From sequence record NZ_CP019224.1: 64,000 nucleotides of DNA; one strand, 5' to 3'. Numbering within the stretch: position 1 is the first letter of the stretch; the number at the start of each line of letters is the position of its first letter. Below are positions 7,600 through 17,056 of this stretch, in pieces. The notes below the pieces were generated by a model. The model was not told the DNA's origin. It saw nothing but the letters and a program-made list of their open reading frames with translations, and ran no database searches. The position numbers were made by a program, and so were the translations under genes. Source of the stretch: a plasmid.

Positions 7600-8328
7600 T
7601 TACTCGGGATTGCTGGCGTTTTGACCGGGTCGTTCGGGCGCGCTAAGTGCGCGAAGGCCACTGGATAGTGAGGCGAAGCGGCCGTACTGTTGGCCGGCGG
7701 CGGTGGTTTTTTCACCTAGCCAAATCCCGATGATTTGCGCGTAACCCTGTGAGGTTGGCGTCCACACCGGGCCTCCGGAGTCACCGGGGATGCTGGGCGG
7801 CATCCCTGTGGTCAGGTATTGGTCTCGGCCTTGGGCGGCCGCGATTTGTCCGCAGTGCTGTCCGCTGGAAACTCCGATGCGGCAGACAGTTTCGCCGACT
7901 TGGGGTTCGGGATGGTCGTCGGTAAAGAGCGTGTGGTTGGCGTCGATGAAGGCCGATGCCATGGAGTTGGTGTTGAAGTCGATCAGCGCGTAGTCGGCGC
8001 CGCCGCTGCGCGGCGACTCGAAAATGGTGCGCACGAACTTGCCGGTGAGTCCGCTTCGCTTGTCGCGCGCATAGCCTGACGCGGGGTCAGAGCGGCAGTG
8101 GGCGGCGGTGATGGCGTAGGTGTGCAGGTCCGCGCCGGTGTAGACGTAGCCGATGGTGCAGAACTGGTTGCCTCCGGTGGGGTTGATGTAGTCGACCTCT
8201 TCGCCGGGGCTGACCACGGCTAGCGCGGCGTGTGCCGAGGGTGGACCGGCTAGAGCCAGAGTTGCTGCGGTGAGCACCCCTGCGGCGGCGGCGAATCGGC
8301 GGGTGATGGCGTGCATGAGTGGGGTCAC
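7600..8328 (-). CDS. secreted trypsin-like (S1 family) serine protease
   Basis: Signal peptide MTPLMHAITRRFAAAAGVLTAATLALAGPPSAHA, catalytic His motif TAAHC, GDSGGPV serine motif, and conserved Cys pairs. Confidence 0.75.
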   Translation of the reverse strand: MTPLMHAITRRFAAAAGVLTAATLALAGPPSAHAALAVVSPGEEVDYINPTGGNQFCTIGYVYTGADLHTYAITAAHCRSDPASGYARDKRSGLTGKFVRTIFESPRSGGADYALIDFNTNSMASAFIDANHTLFTDDHPEPQVGETVCRIGVSSGQHCGQIAAAQGRDQYLTTGMPPSIPGDSGGPVWTPTSQGYAQIIGIWLGEKTTAAGQQYGRFASLSSGLRALSAPERPGQNASNPE

Positions 8329-8506
8329 CTTTCCGGGGGTTAGGCGGCGCGAGTGTGGCGCAGGCGACGCTCGGAGCGTAGTTGGGCGCGGGCGGTCATG
8401 CTGTCGATCCAGGCGCGGGCGGTGTTGGCGGCGGGCCCGGGCCGGCCCGGCGCTGCGGCGATGGCTGCGGCCGCGCGGTTGGTGATGGCGATCTCGAAAC
8501 GCGTTG

Positions 8507-9796
8507 TCATGCAGACTCCTTCAACCGATCATGGCCAGCGTGTATCGCTGGCCTGCGTGTGTTGTTCCGGTAGTCAGTGGTGAGCTGCTCGAGGAGGGCA
8601 TCAATGGCGGCCGCCTCGGCGCGCTGCCTGGGTGAGGGCTGCTCGCCGATGTCGTGGTGCAGGTCTTGGTGGGTGTGTTGCACTGTGCGCAGTTGTTCGG
8701 CGGCTTCGGCGAGCCATCGTGCGGCGTTGCGTGCGCTGCCGGGTACCAGGCCGCGACGGTCCTGGTGCGCGCGGGCTTCCTGCAGGGCGACGTCGAAACG
8801 CTCGGCGGCCACCCGGGCTTTGGCGGCCGCGGCCAAGGTGTGCAGTTCGGCGGGCGTGATGACGGAAAGGCCTCCGAAAAGCTCGGCGCGGTTCCACAGG
8901 CCGGCGTTGACGTGATCGGTGACGTCGGCTTTGTCGACGTCGAGGGCGGGTAAGAGCACCACGACTTGGGCAGTGATGCTGCGTAGGCGTGCATAGAGGT
9001 TGATCGCCCGCTGATAACCGGCGAGGTCTCGGTCGGCGACGATGGCGACCTTGAGTCCGGCGAAGTCGTCGACGAGTTCGGCGGGGAAGTTGGCGGCTCC
9101 TTGGGCGTTGGTGGTGGCCAGCCGGCCGAGTGCAGTCAGGGTGTCGGCGTCTTTTTCACCTTCGGTGACCCATATCCATGCGCCGCGTGTGGCTGCGGCC
9201 GCAATTGCGGCGGGCCGGTATAACACCGGGGTGAATCCGTACGGCTTGCGGTACACCCACTGGCCTCCGTCGCGGTAGCGCTGCCGGAACTGTTTGTGGG
9301 GTCGACCAGTGCATGCGCATTCTTCGCGGACGACCTGCTGCACCGGGGTTCCCGTGGGGGTCAGGTAGGTGTAGACCCGGGCCCGGCGCCAGTGGTGGTT
9401 GGTGTCTTCGCGCCCCGCGGTGATGCGTGCGGGTAACGGCCCTGGCCCAGGAGTTCGCCTGGCCCTGGGCTGCGTGACGCGAGGCCAGCGTTGCCCGGTT
9501 GCGGGGCTGGGGTTGTCGAACAGATCGGCCAGGCGCAGACCCAGTGCGGCCGCGATGGCGGCCGCGGGGGCTTGGCAGCTAAAGCAGTGCAGCAGGACCG
9601 CACCGCCAGTGCCGGCGCGGGTGTTTTCTCGCCACCCAACCGACAGCGAGGGGCAGTGGTCGGTGTGCAGGGGGCAGCTGGCCATGAAGGCCTCCGAACC
9701 ACGCGGGCGGATGGCGTGCCCCGCTGCTTGCAGGGCGTCCCGCACGTGGTCCAAAGCGGCTCCGGGACTGTGGAGTTGGTGTGCGCTCGCCATCAC
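8507..9796 (-). CDS. DNA primase, CHC2 zinc finger plus Toprim domain (plasmid/phage type)
   Basis: CPLHTDHCPSLSV...CFSC zinc-binding motif, then Toprim WVTEGEKDADTL and IVADRDLAG. Confidence 0.7.
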   Translation of the reverse strand: MMASAHQLHSPGAALDHVRDALQAAGHAIRPRGSEAFMASCPLHTDHCPSLSVGWRENTRAGTGGAVLLHCFSCQAPAAAIAAALGLRLADLFDNPSPATGQRWPRVTQPRARRTPGPGPLPARITAGREDTNHHWRRARVYTYLTPTGTPVQQVVREECACTGRPHKQFRQRYRDGGQWVYRKPYGFTPVLYRPAAIAAAATRGAWIWVTEGEKDADTLTALGRLATTNAQGAANFPAELVDDFAGLKVAIVADRDLAGYQRAINLYARLRSITAQVVVLLPALDVDKADVTDHVNAGLWNRAELFGGLSVITPAELHTLAAAAKARVAAERFDVALQEARAHQDRRGLVPGSARNAARWLAEAAEQLRTVQHTHQDLHHDIGEQPSPRQRAEAAAIDALLEQLTTDYRNNTRRPAIHAGHDRLKESA

Positions 9797-10086
9797 GGTG
9801 TCTCCTGATCGATAACGGTGTGCACCACCGCGTAGGCCGCACGGGTGTGGCGAATGCTCTCGTCGAGGAAGGTGGCAACATCGCGGCCATCGCGACCCTC
9901 CACAAACTCGACGTCGTAGACGCTGTTGCTGCGCAGCTGCGCCAAGGCGCCACTCGCGTCTTGCAGGGCCTTGACTGCCGTAGAGATGTGGGAAAGCAGA
10001 TGGCTTCGCGTTTCAGCGATTCGCTCGATGGCGTCGAGCTCGGTGAACTCGGCGACGGCTTGCTCAAGCGCGGTGTCGGTGTGCAT
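9793..10086 (-). CDS. hypothetical small protein (97 aa)
   Basis: ORF overlaps the primase start by 4 nt, suggesting translational coupling. No recognisable motif. Confidence 0.4.
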   Translation of the reverse strand: MHTDTALEQAVAEFTELDAIERIAETRSHLLSHISTAVKALQDASGALAQLRSNSVYDVEFVEGRDGRDVATFLDESIRHTRAAYAVVHTVIDQETP

Positions 10087-10119
10087 GGGTGTGAGTCCTT
10101 TCGGTCAGGGGTGCAGCTG

Positions 10120-10353
10120 TTAGGCGGCGGCCAGGCCGGCCAAGCGATCCGGGCGGAACCCCGACCAATGCACCGTGGGCGAGACATAGACGACGGGTGC
10201 GCCCAGATAGCCCAGACTCATGACGTATTCGCGGGCCTCTGGGTGCTCGGTCACGTCGACTTTCTGGTAACTGATTCCCTTTTTATCCAGCGCCCGGAAA
10301 GTCGCGTTGCACTGCACGCAGGCAGGTTTTGTATAAACAGTGATCGGGGACAT
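10120..10353 (-). CDS. nrdH: NrdH-like glutaredoxin/redoxin (77 aa)
   Basis: MSPITVYTKPACVQCNATFRALDKKGISYQKVDV has a CxxC motif in a thioredoxin-fold context. A strong RBS GAAGGAGG lies 6 nt upstream of ATG 10353. Confidence 0.65.
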   Translation of the reverse strand: MSPITVYTKPACVQCNATFRALDKKGISYQKVDVTEHPEAREYVMSLGYLGAPVVYVSPTVHWSGFRPDRLAGLAAA

Positions 10354-10785
10354 TACGAGCCTCCTTCGCAAATGGTTGGTGCTGCGATTGATAATTCAAT
10401 ATTACTGCCGTGATTGTCCTTATGCCATAGCCGGGAGAAAGAAATTCGACCACTTATCGACATTCTTTGGAGCTGCTTCCCGACACGTATGCGCCATTCT
10501 CTTGGGCGGTGAGCTCTGCTCAACATCGGTGAGGAGAAAGCGTGTACTACCAGCCTCGTTGAGGCGGCCAGCGCCGACTACGGCTCGCCTTTGAGCCAAC
10601 CGGAACCCTACATACAGATTCAGGCTGATTCTCGCCCAGGACGATCTGGCGGTAACCGTAGCGCGACAACATACTCGCCAGTGATGCCTATCCACGTTCG
10701 CCTTTCATTCACCATGCGCCAACCACAGATGTGACTCATTACCGTATTCCTTCGATAGCGCTTCCTGTTATTTGATGCCATTCTT

Positions 10786-10980
10786 TTGCCCTTCTGGCAT
10801 TGGGGATATAGACCGGCCCGCGGGTCGTGGAATGCAAGGCCCGGGCGCGAAGTTTTCCCAGTGAGCGCCAGCGAGCGGCTTGGGGAAAAGTTCGCGAGCC
10901 ACCGGCCCGCAGCAGCGCGGAGGCCGGCGCCTTGCAAGTAGCGACCCGGCCGGTCAGAATCGAAAGCCCAGAAGGCAGAA
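10786..10980. repeat. inverted-repeat-flanked element of about 195 bp, copy 1 (downstream of the parB-like gene)
   Basis: Termini ttgcccttctggca ... gcccagaaggcag are inverted. About 70% identical to 12814-13003. Confidence 0.7.
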
Positions 10981-11116
10981 CGTGTTTAGCCGCCAACGGC
11001 GGGCATCGTGATGCTGCTGCCGCCGCAGCGAACACGCAGCAGGGCATGACGGGGGCGGATCGCCATCGCCCAAGGTGGGGCCAGAGCCGCAGCCCTGACC
11101 CCACCCGAGCGGCGCG

Positions 11117-12763
11117 CTACTCCTTTACCGCATCAGCCAAGTACTGCTCATACACCTCGTCGGTGCTTTTGGCCTTGGTCACGACTTCCTCGACGGGAGC
11201 CAGCGGATAGTCGTTGTCGGCGAGCCAGCGCAGGTACTCAGCGCCGCCGACGTGATGGCCCCACCAGCCGCTGTTGTTGCGCCAAGCATCCTTGGGGGTG
11301 CGCGATTCGAGCGCACCGAGAATCAGGCCCAGCGTGATCACCTGCGCGCGTGCGTCGCCGTTGGCGGGTAGCTCGGCCACGAGCTTGGCCACGGCCTGGC
11401 CGCTGTCGAGTCCGAGCAGTTCGGCGGTGGTGTCCAGCGCGTTGTTGTTCGTGAGCAACGCACTGTCACGGGCCAAGCAGTCCGCCACGAAGAGACCGGC
11501 GCCCTTGGGAGGTGTCTTTCGCGCCAACAGCTTCTTGACGAAATCACGCCGCACGCCAAGGGCCGCATCACCGAGCTTGTTGAGCGCCAACACTTTACGG
11601 CGCTCACGCTTTTCGGTCTCGGCCCGCTCGATCGCCGCCTGCTGGCGTGCGGCTTCGCGGGCCTCGTCGTCCAGGTCGACTGCTTCGCCGGTGTCGGTGT
11701 CCACCAGCCCGGCTTGCCGCGCGAACCAGCTCTGCGGCGTCAGACCGGCGGCGCGGTAGTCGAGGCAGTAGTAATCGGGAGTGAACACCTGCGCCTCGGT
11801 GACCGTGTTGGCGTGGCGCATCCCCTCTGCGGGTGTGGCGTCCGGCTGATCCTCGGTCTCCCAGTCCACGCTCTCTTCGTCAATCACTTCACCGGTTTCC
11901 ACGTCGCACCATGCGGTGTCCTCAACGAGCAACACAGCCCAATGGGCGGGGTGCGTCACCGCGTCGTCGTCGGCTTCCTCCCCGTCAGCGGTCACCAGGT
12001 GATGCAGCGGGATGCAAGCCGGGTCCCACGAATCCGGGCGCTGCTCAAGGAGAGTGAACCCCTTGTCGGCGTAGGCCGGGGCCACTTGGGCGCGGGCCTC
12101 GTCAGTGGCACGTTGCTGGCGCAGTTGGGCGACCGTGTGCTCGAACCAGCCGCTGTCAGCCGCACTCATCAGCCGCTCAACGGCACCGGGCATGTCCTCA
12201 AACTCGGTGATCGCCGCCGCTTCGACCAGGCTCAGCTGGCCACTAGCCAGCGCATCCATGGCCGTCGCCGACCGCGAGGCCGTGTGGGCGGCCTTCACAG
12301 CGTCCTTGCCCACAGACAGCTTCTTGGCCACCTTGGTCACCGACATCCCCGCATCGATCATCTGCTGGATACCGCGCGCCCGTTGCGCGTCGGTGATGTC
12401 GAGCTTTTGATCGTTGGTGACGATCTGGTGCACGATGCGGTCGATGGTTTCCTGGGTGGCATCGGCAGCAGTGGACGGCAGCACATAGACGGGGACGCTG
12501 GATAATCCCGCTTCGCGGGCAGCAAGAGTGCGCCGCTGTCCGTTGCGGACACGGATGACCTCGGGCCGTTCCGCGTCGCGGACAGCCGTAATCGGCACCA
12601 GGACGCCATTTTCGGCGATGTTGGCGATGAACGCCTTGCTCAGCGCGGCATCGTCGCGAACATTGTCACCAATGTCGAGCAACGCCGGATCAAGGTGTTC
12701 CAAGGTGCCGATCGGCTGGTCAGTGGCATTGCCCGCAGTGTCGGTGCTGGTGATGTCGGTCAT
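11117..12763 (-). CDS. ParB/Srx-domain protein (548 aa), KorB/ParB-like
   Basis: N-terminal ParB box VRNGQRRTLAAREAGLSSVPVYVL, with a long acidic C-terminal extension. Confidence 0.7.
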   Translation of the reverse strand: MTDITSTDTAGNATDQPIGTLEHLDPALLDIGDNVRDDAALSKAFIANIAENGVLVPITAVRDAERPEVIRVRNGQRRTLAAREAGLSSVPVYVLPSTAADATQETIDRIVHQIVTNDQKLDITDAQRARGIQQMIDAGMSVTKVAKKLSVGKDAVKAAHTASRSATAMDALASGQLSLVEAAAITEFEDMPGAVERLMSAADSGWFEHTVAQLRQQRATDEARAQVAPAYADKGFTLLEQRPDSWDPACIPLHHLVTADGEEADDDAVTHPAHWAVLLVEDTAWCDVETGEVIDEESVDWETEDQPDATPAEGMRHANTVTEAQVFTPDYYCLDYRAAGLTPQSWFARQAGLVDTDTGEAVDLDDEAREAARQQAAIERAETEKRERRKVLALNKLGDAALGVRRDFVKKLLARKTPPKGAGLFVADCLARDSALLTNNNALDTTAELLGLDSGQAVAKLVAELPANGDARAQVITLGLILGALESRTPKDAWRNNSGWWGHHVGGAEYLRWLADNDYPLAPVEEVVTKAKSTDEVYEQYLADAVKE

Positions 12764-12813
12764 GGTTGAACCTTTCTGGGTGGGTCAGGCGTCCGCATGG
12801 CCGCCTGTTCTGT

Positions 12814-13003
12814 TTGCCTTCTGGCAATTGAGATTTGGGCCGGCATAGGGACGCGGAGTGCAAGGTCCGGGCGCACAGTTGGCCGCCGCGAGCGAAGCGA
12901 GCGTGCCGGGGAACTGTGCGAGCCTTGTGCCCGAAGCGAAGCGCAGGCCGTGGCCTTGACGCGAAGCGGACCGCCGGCATAATCGAAAGCCAGAAAGGCA
13001 AAC
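12814..13003. repeat. inverted-repeat-flanked element, copy 2 (immediately upstream of the parB-like gene)
   Basis: Termini ttgccttctggcaa ... gccagaaaggcaa. Carries internal cgaagcg iterations. Confidence 0.7.
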
Positions 13004-13339
13004 AAACATGGGCTTGGGCAAGGCCCAAGCCATTCAGCAGCGCCGCAGGCGCTTCAACTTCAATTCCCCGCTACCATCGCAAAAATGCGGCTTGTGCAGA
13101 CCCGGCGCGGGTGGGAAGAACACCGCCCGTCGCACTGTCCGGAATGCGGCGCGCAACTCGGAGCGCACCAGGTGCTCGTTGGCATAGCACACTGCCGTTG
13201 CGAACGACGAATGCACCGCTCACACCGTTGCCAGCACTGCCAGTACACGATTTACACGCCGTCCCTTGGTGATTCGTGCACGCTGCAAGCTCTTGATGGA
13301 CGTTAAAGGCGGCGCCGGAATGTCTTAATTGCCCAACGC

Positions 13340-13552
13340 TTATGAATGGAGCTGGGATAACAGGGGCATGAGGTACTTGCCGACAGGGTCGAAGATGAAC
13401 ATGGCGGCCCAGACCATGGCGTCCATCACGGCGGTGGCGATGAGAGCCGAGACCGGCGCCCGCATGATGCGCAGGATCAGCAACGGCGCCATGATGCCGG
13501 TGACGTTTATCAGGATTAGTACCAGAATCTGCATTCGCTCGGCCTTCACCAT
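13340..13552 (-). CDS. possible small hydrophobic membrane protein (70 aa)
   Basis: Two predicted TM segments, MVKAERMQILVLILINVTGIMAPLLILRIM.... It sits in a local low-GC patch next to the recombinase. Could be spurious. Confidence 0.3.
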   Translation of the reverse strand: MVKAERMQILVLILINVTGIMAPLLILRIMRAPVSALIATAVMDAMVWAAMFIFDPVGKYLMPLLSQLHS

Positions 13553-13670
13553 TTCAGCGCTGATTGCGGGTTCGCCTTAGATTACCGACCGGGTCTGACA
13601 CAAGCCGTCCTAGCCGCTGTTGGTCCAATTCTCCCAGCTGGCAGTGCGTTGTGCGATGGCCAGTGCGAGG

Positions 13671-14771
13671 TTATTGCGTCGAATCTGCGGGCGAGGCCGC
13701 TGGGCGATCGCCGTCGCCCTCGACTGTGGGAGCGAGTAGTTCATAGAGTGGGTTTTGCGCGGCGGCCGAGCGGGTTTCAGAGCCAGCGGCGGTGACGTAG
13801 CGTTGCGAGGTGGCCATGGATTCATGGCCTAGCAGCTTCATGAGGGTGTAGACGCTGATGTTGGCGCCGGCGAGCTCGGTGGCGTAGGTGTGCCGGAGCG
13901 CGTGAACCATCGCGCCGGGGGTGCGCTGGGCGTCGGGCCCGGCCAGGTTGAATGCGCGCAGCACACGGTATTGCAAAGCGCCGCGGGTGATTCGGGCGCC
14001 ATCGCGGCCGACGAACAGAGCCGCGCTGGCTGGCCACTGTGGCCGCGGATTTTGGCCCGATCGCCCGCGGGTGGTGGCGGGGAAGCGGGCCGCCCGGGTG
14101 GTGAGGTAGCTGTTGAGGACGTCGACGAGGGCTTGTTCGATAGGAACTGAACGGTGCTTGCCGCCTTTTCCGCGTACCCGAAGGACCCCACCGCCGTCGC
14201 TGAGACGTAGGTCGCCGATGTTGGCGCCCCGGAGCTCGGCCGCGCGCAGCCCGGCCAGCAGGGCCGTCAAGATGATGGCGCGGTCGCGCTCGGGCCAGTC
14301 GGTCGCGCGTTTGTTGGCCGCCGGCGCCTCTATCGCGGTGATGAGTGCTTCAGCGGCCTCGGCGGGAAGTGATCGGGGAAGGGCCTTGGCCGGTTTGGGT
14401 TGGCCGATCACCTGCATAGGATTTCCGGGGAGCAGTTCGGTGGTGTAGAGGTAGGTGCACAAGGTGTTCCATGTCGACCAGCAGCGGCGGATCGAGGCTG
14501 CTTCGTGGGAGCCAGCGTAGGCCGCAAAGGCTTGGCGCAGCGCATCTTTGGTGAGGTCAAGCGGGTCGAGCCTTGACAGGTCTTGTCCTGGGTCGGCGCC
14601 GGTGATGGCGCTGGCGATCGCGTCGAAGTCTTGTCGGTAGGCCTGCAGGGTGTGCGGCGATGGCTTGCGGGTAGCGCGGTCGGTGAGGAATGCGCGGAAC
14701 CAGCTAGGTCGTTGGGCATCAGTGCGTCCACGGCTCGGGCTCGGGGTCCGTGGACGTGTTTCACCCGCCAC
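13671..14771 (-). CDS. tyrosine recombinase/integrase (XerC/D-like)
   Basis: N-terminal SAM-like HTLQAYRQDFDAIA. Catalytic region has LRAAELRGANIGDL, GKGGKHRSVPI, HALRHTYATEL, and LLGHESMATSQRY with the catalytic Tyr. Confidence 0.85.
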   Translation of the reverse strand: MAGETRPRTPSPSRGRTDAQRPSWFRAFLTDRATRKPSPHTLQAYRQDFDAIASAITGADPGQDLSRLDPLDLTKDALRQAFAAYAGSHEAASIRRCWSTWNTLCTYLYTTELLPGNPMQVIGQPKPAKALPRSLPAEAAEALITAIEAPAANKRATDWPERDRAIILTALLAGLRAAELRGANIGDLRLSDGGGVLRVRGKGGKHRSVPIEQALVDVLNSYLTTRAARFPATTRGRSGQNPRPQWPASAALFVGRDGARITRGALQYRVLRAFNLAGPDAQRTPGAMVHALRHTYATELAGANISVYTLMKLLGHESMATSQRYVTAAGSETRSAAAQNPLYELLAPTVEGDGDRPAASPADSTQ

Positions 14772-15330
14772 GGCGAGCCGGTCCGGGCATGCGCCACTTG
14801 ATGAGGAATTCGGCCCACCCGTGGGTACGCCGCTGGGGCCGGCCGAGTGCTACCCAGTCGGCATGGGGTGCGTCGAAGGTCCAGCGGAATACGTCACGCC
14901 ATCGCGCCGTGCGGGTGCGGGTTGGAGTCACGTAGCCAGAAAGATAGCTATGGCCCGCTGAGACAAGCACTTTGGTGAATGTGGACCACTCGCCGTCATC
15001 CTCCCACCACAGCGCGGGAAGACGACCGGTGTTTTGCAGGGCGGTCAACTGTTCGGCTTCGGTGTGGGTGTCGACCGCGTGGACGAAGCGCATCCACGTG
15101 GGATCGTCTCGGCGAGGCTTACCGAGCTTCTCCCACAACGCATGTGCATTGTCCCAATCCCAGGGCTTTTCCCAGAACGCCCACGAATCACCCGACCACG
15201 CGACAGCGTTCGTGTCGGAAAGCACCTGCGCGAACTCGAACACGGGTCGGCTGAAATCACTCCAGCTCCACCCGTCCCTGGGAAGATCGTCGATTGACGC
15301 TGGTGGCGGCCACGTGGCCTGGCTGGTCAT
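14761..15330 (-). CDS. hypothetical Trp-rich protein (189 aa)
   Basis: Intact ORF overlapping the recombinase start by 11 nt. A perfect palindrome lies just upstream. Confidence 0.45.
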   Translation of the reverse strand: MTSQATWPPPASIDDLPRDGWSWSDFSRPVFEFAQVLSDTNAVAWSGDSWAFWEKPWDWDNAHALWEKLGKPRRDDPTWMRFVHAVDTHTEAEQLTALQNTGRLPALWWEDDGEWSTFTKVLVSAGHSYLSGYVTPTRTRTARWRDVFRWTFDAPHADWVALGRPQRRTHGWAEFLIKWRMPGPARRGG

Positions 15331-15384
15331 GTCTCACATTCCTTGGTGCGCGGGTGGGCGAGTGCGGCTGGTCGCCGACATTGT

Positions 15385-15410
15385 TCATGCATAATAGCTG
15401 TTATGCATGA
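15385..15410. promoter_or_regulatory. perfect 10-bp inverted repeat TCATGCATAA-TAGCTG-TTATGCATGA, putative operator
   Basis: AT-rich palindrome 55 bp upstream of the start of 14761-15330. Confidence 0.5.
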
Positions 15411-15726
15411 GAATGACGGCTGGTGTGGCAAATTTCGCGGTTTGGGTCGAGCCTGACCGCCGCCAGCGGGACTTGCCGTTTGCTATTTGAGGGTTGAGGC
15501 ACGAGCGTGGCGATGAGTTGGTGTCTCTGCAGCGGCTGCTGACATCGCCGAGCCGCCGGCATATGTTCCGGCGTTGCCAACTATTCACCCCGGGTGGCCG
15601 TAGGGGCCGTCGCCGCAGCTTTCGTCACAGTGACGGGGGGGTTTGGGCCGCGTCATCGGCGCGCAGGCACCGCGCGCCGCAGCAATCTGACCATCGCTGC
15701 CCGGCACACGCGTGTCCGGCGCGATC

Positions 15727-15770
15727 CGTTTCGTAGTTTCGTTTCGTATTTTCGTTTCGTTTCGTTGCGT
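15727..15770. repeat. tandem hexamer (TTTCGT)n, about 7 units
   Basis: cgtttcgtagtttcgtttcgtattttcgtttcgtttcgttgcg, 40 bp upstream of gene 15808. Confidence 0.8.
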
Positions 15771-15807
15771 CATTGCTCTGTGGCGACGAAAGCGGTAAAA
15801 TGACGGA

Positions 15808-17040
15808 ATGAGCGAAACTGCCCCGACGGACGACTCCGCGCCGCGGGATCGCTGTAACTACCCCGGCTGCACACGCACTAGCCGGCCGGACCCAGCCACG
15901 GGCCGTCCGTCGCGATACTGCGAACAGCCCGACAGCTCCGGCGGGCCGGTGCATAACCGCGCCAACGCGTGGCGGGCCCGCCGCGCGCAGCGTGGTTCGG
16001 TCGCGACGCAGGAGGACGCTGGGCTGGCCTCCGGGGTGTCCCTGGCCCGGGCCACCTTGGAGCAGCGGTTGGACGAATTACCGGAGAAGGTGGCGGACCT
16101 GCGCGTGTACCTCGATGACTTGGTGGTCCAGCTGCGGGCGGCCGGCGACGTCGAGGCTGCGGGCGCCGAGGTTGAAGATGCGCACCGGGACGCGCTCGCG
16201 AAGGTGACTGAGGCCGAGCGACGCAGCGCGGCCGCTGAGCGCGCCGCCCGGCAGGCTAACGAGCGCGAACAGACCGCCGAGCGTGAACGCGAAGAAGCCG
16301 ATGCGCTGGCCGAGGACGCGATCGCCGAAACGGCGCGTGTGCGCGAGGAGCTGCAAGCCGAGATAGCCCAGGTTCGCGCCGAGGCCCAGAGCGCGGTAGC
16401 AAGCGCGCAGGAGCAGTTGGCGGCAGCGCAGGCCGAACACCAAAACGAACTCGCGCACCGCAGCGCCGAACTTGACCAAGCGCGCCGCGACGCCAATGCC
16501 GCCCAACTTGAGGCCGCCTCGGCCCAGGCCGCCCAACAGGCCGCCGACGAGGCGGCCGAGCGTGAGCGCCACACCGCTGCCGCGGTGCGTCGTGAACTCG
16601 ACCAAACTCGCCGCGCGGCCGAAGAAGAACGTCAACGCCTCCAGGCCCAGGTCGACTCCGCACGCGAGGCCACGCAGCAGACCGCAGCCGAGTTAGCCGG
16701 TCTGCGCGCCGATCTCGCCACTGCGCGTGCTGAGGCCACGGCCGCACAGCGAACGATAGAAGCCGAACGGGAAGCCTTGGCATCGCTCAACCAAGAGCTC
16801 GAGCGACTACGCGACGACGCACGGGCAGAACGAGAAAGGCTTCGTATCGACCACACCGAACAGCTCACCCAAATGCAACGTAGCGCCGACGAACGGGTGC
16901 ACACCCTCACTGAGGCCTTGGCACTCGCCCGTGAAACCAGCGCCGCGTATCGCGCCCAACTCCCTCAAACAGCACCGCCGAGCAGCTCTCCCCGACCACC
17001 GTCGAAACGATCATCGCGTCCAGCCCCCGAGAAGAAATGA
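15808..17040 (+). CDS. coiled-coil protein with N-terminal Cys-rich (zinc-ribbon-like) motif (410 aa)
   Basis: CNYPGCTRTS...RYCEQP, then about 300 aa of Ala/Glu/Gln/Arg heptad-like sequence. Confidence 0.55.
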   Translation: MSETAPTDDSAPRDRCNYPGCTRTSRPDPATGRPSRYCEQPDSSGGPVHNRANAWRARRAQRGSVATQEDAGLASGVSLARATLEQRLDELPEKVADLRVYLDDLVVQLRAAGDVEAAGAEVEDAHRDALAKVTEAERRSAAAERAARQANEREQTAEREREEADALAEDAIAETARVREELQAEIAQVRAEAQSAVASAQEQLAAAQAEHQNELAHRSAELDQARRDANAAQLEAASAQAAQQAADEAAERERHTAAAVRRELDQTRRAAEEERQRLQAQVDSAREATQQTAAELAGLRADLATARAEATAAQRTIEAEREALASLNQELERLRDDARAERERLRIDHTEQLTQMQRSADERVHTLTEALALARETSAAYRAQLPQTAPPSSSPRPPSKRSSRPAPEKK

Positions 17041-17056
17041 TCCGAGGACCTCGACG

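Noticed and set aside
8521-9702. Several ORFs on both strands overlapping the primase gene (8521-8994, 8577-8915, 8601-8897, 9361-9702, 9399-9815)
   Set aside because: Arg/Pro/Ala-rich spurious ORFs typical of high-GC DNA. The primase frame carries clear CHC2 and Toprim motifs.
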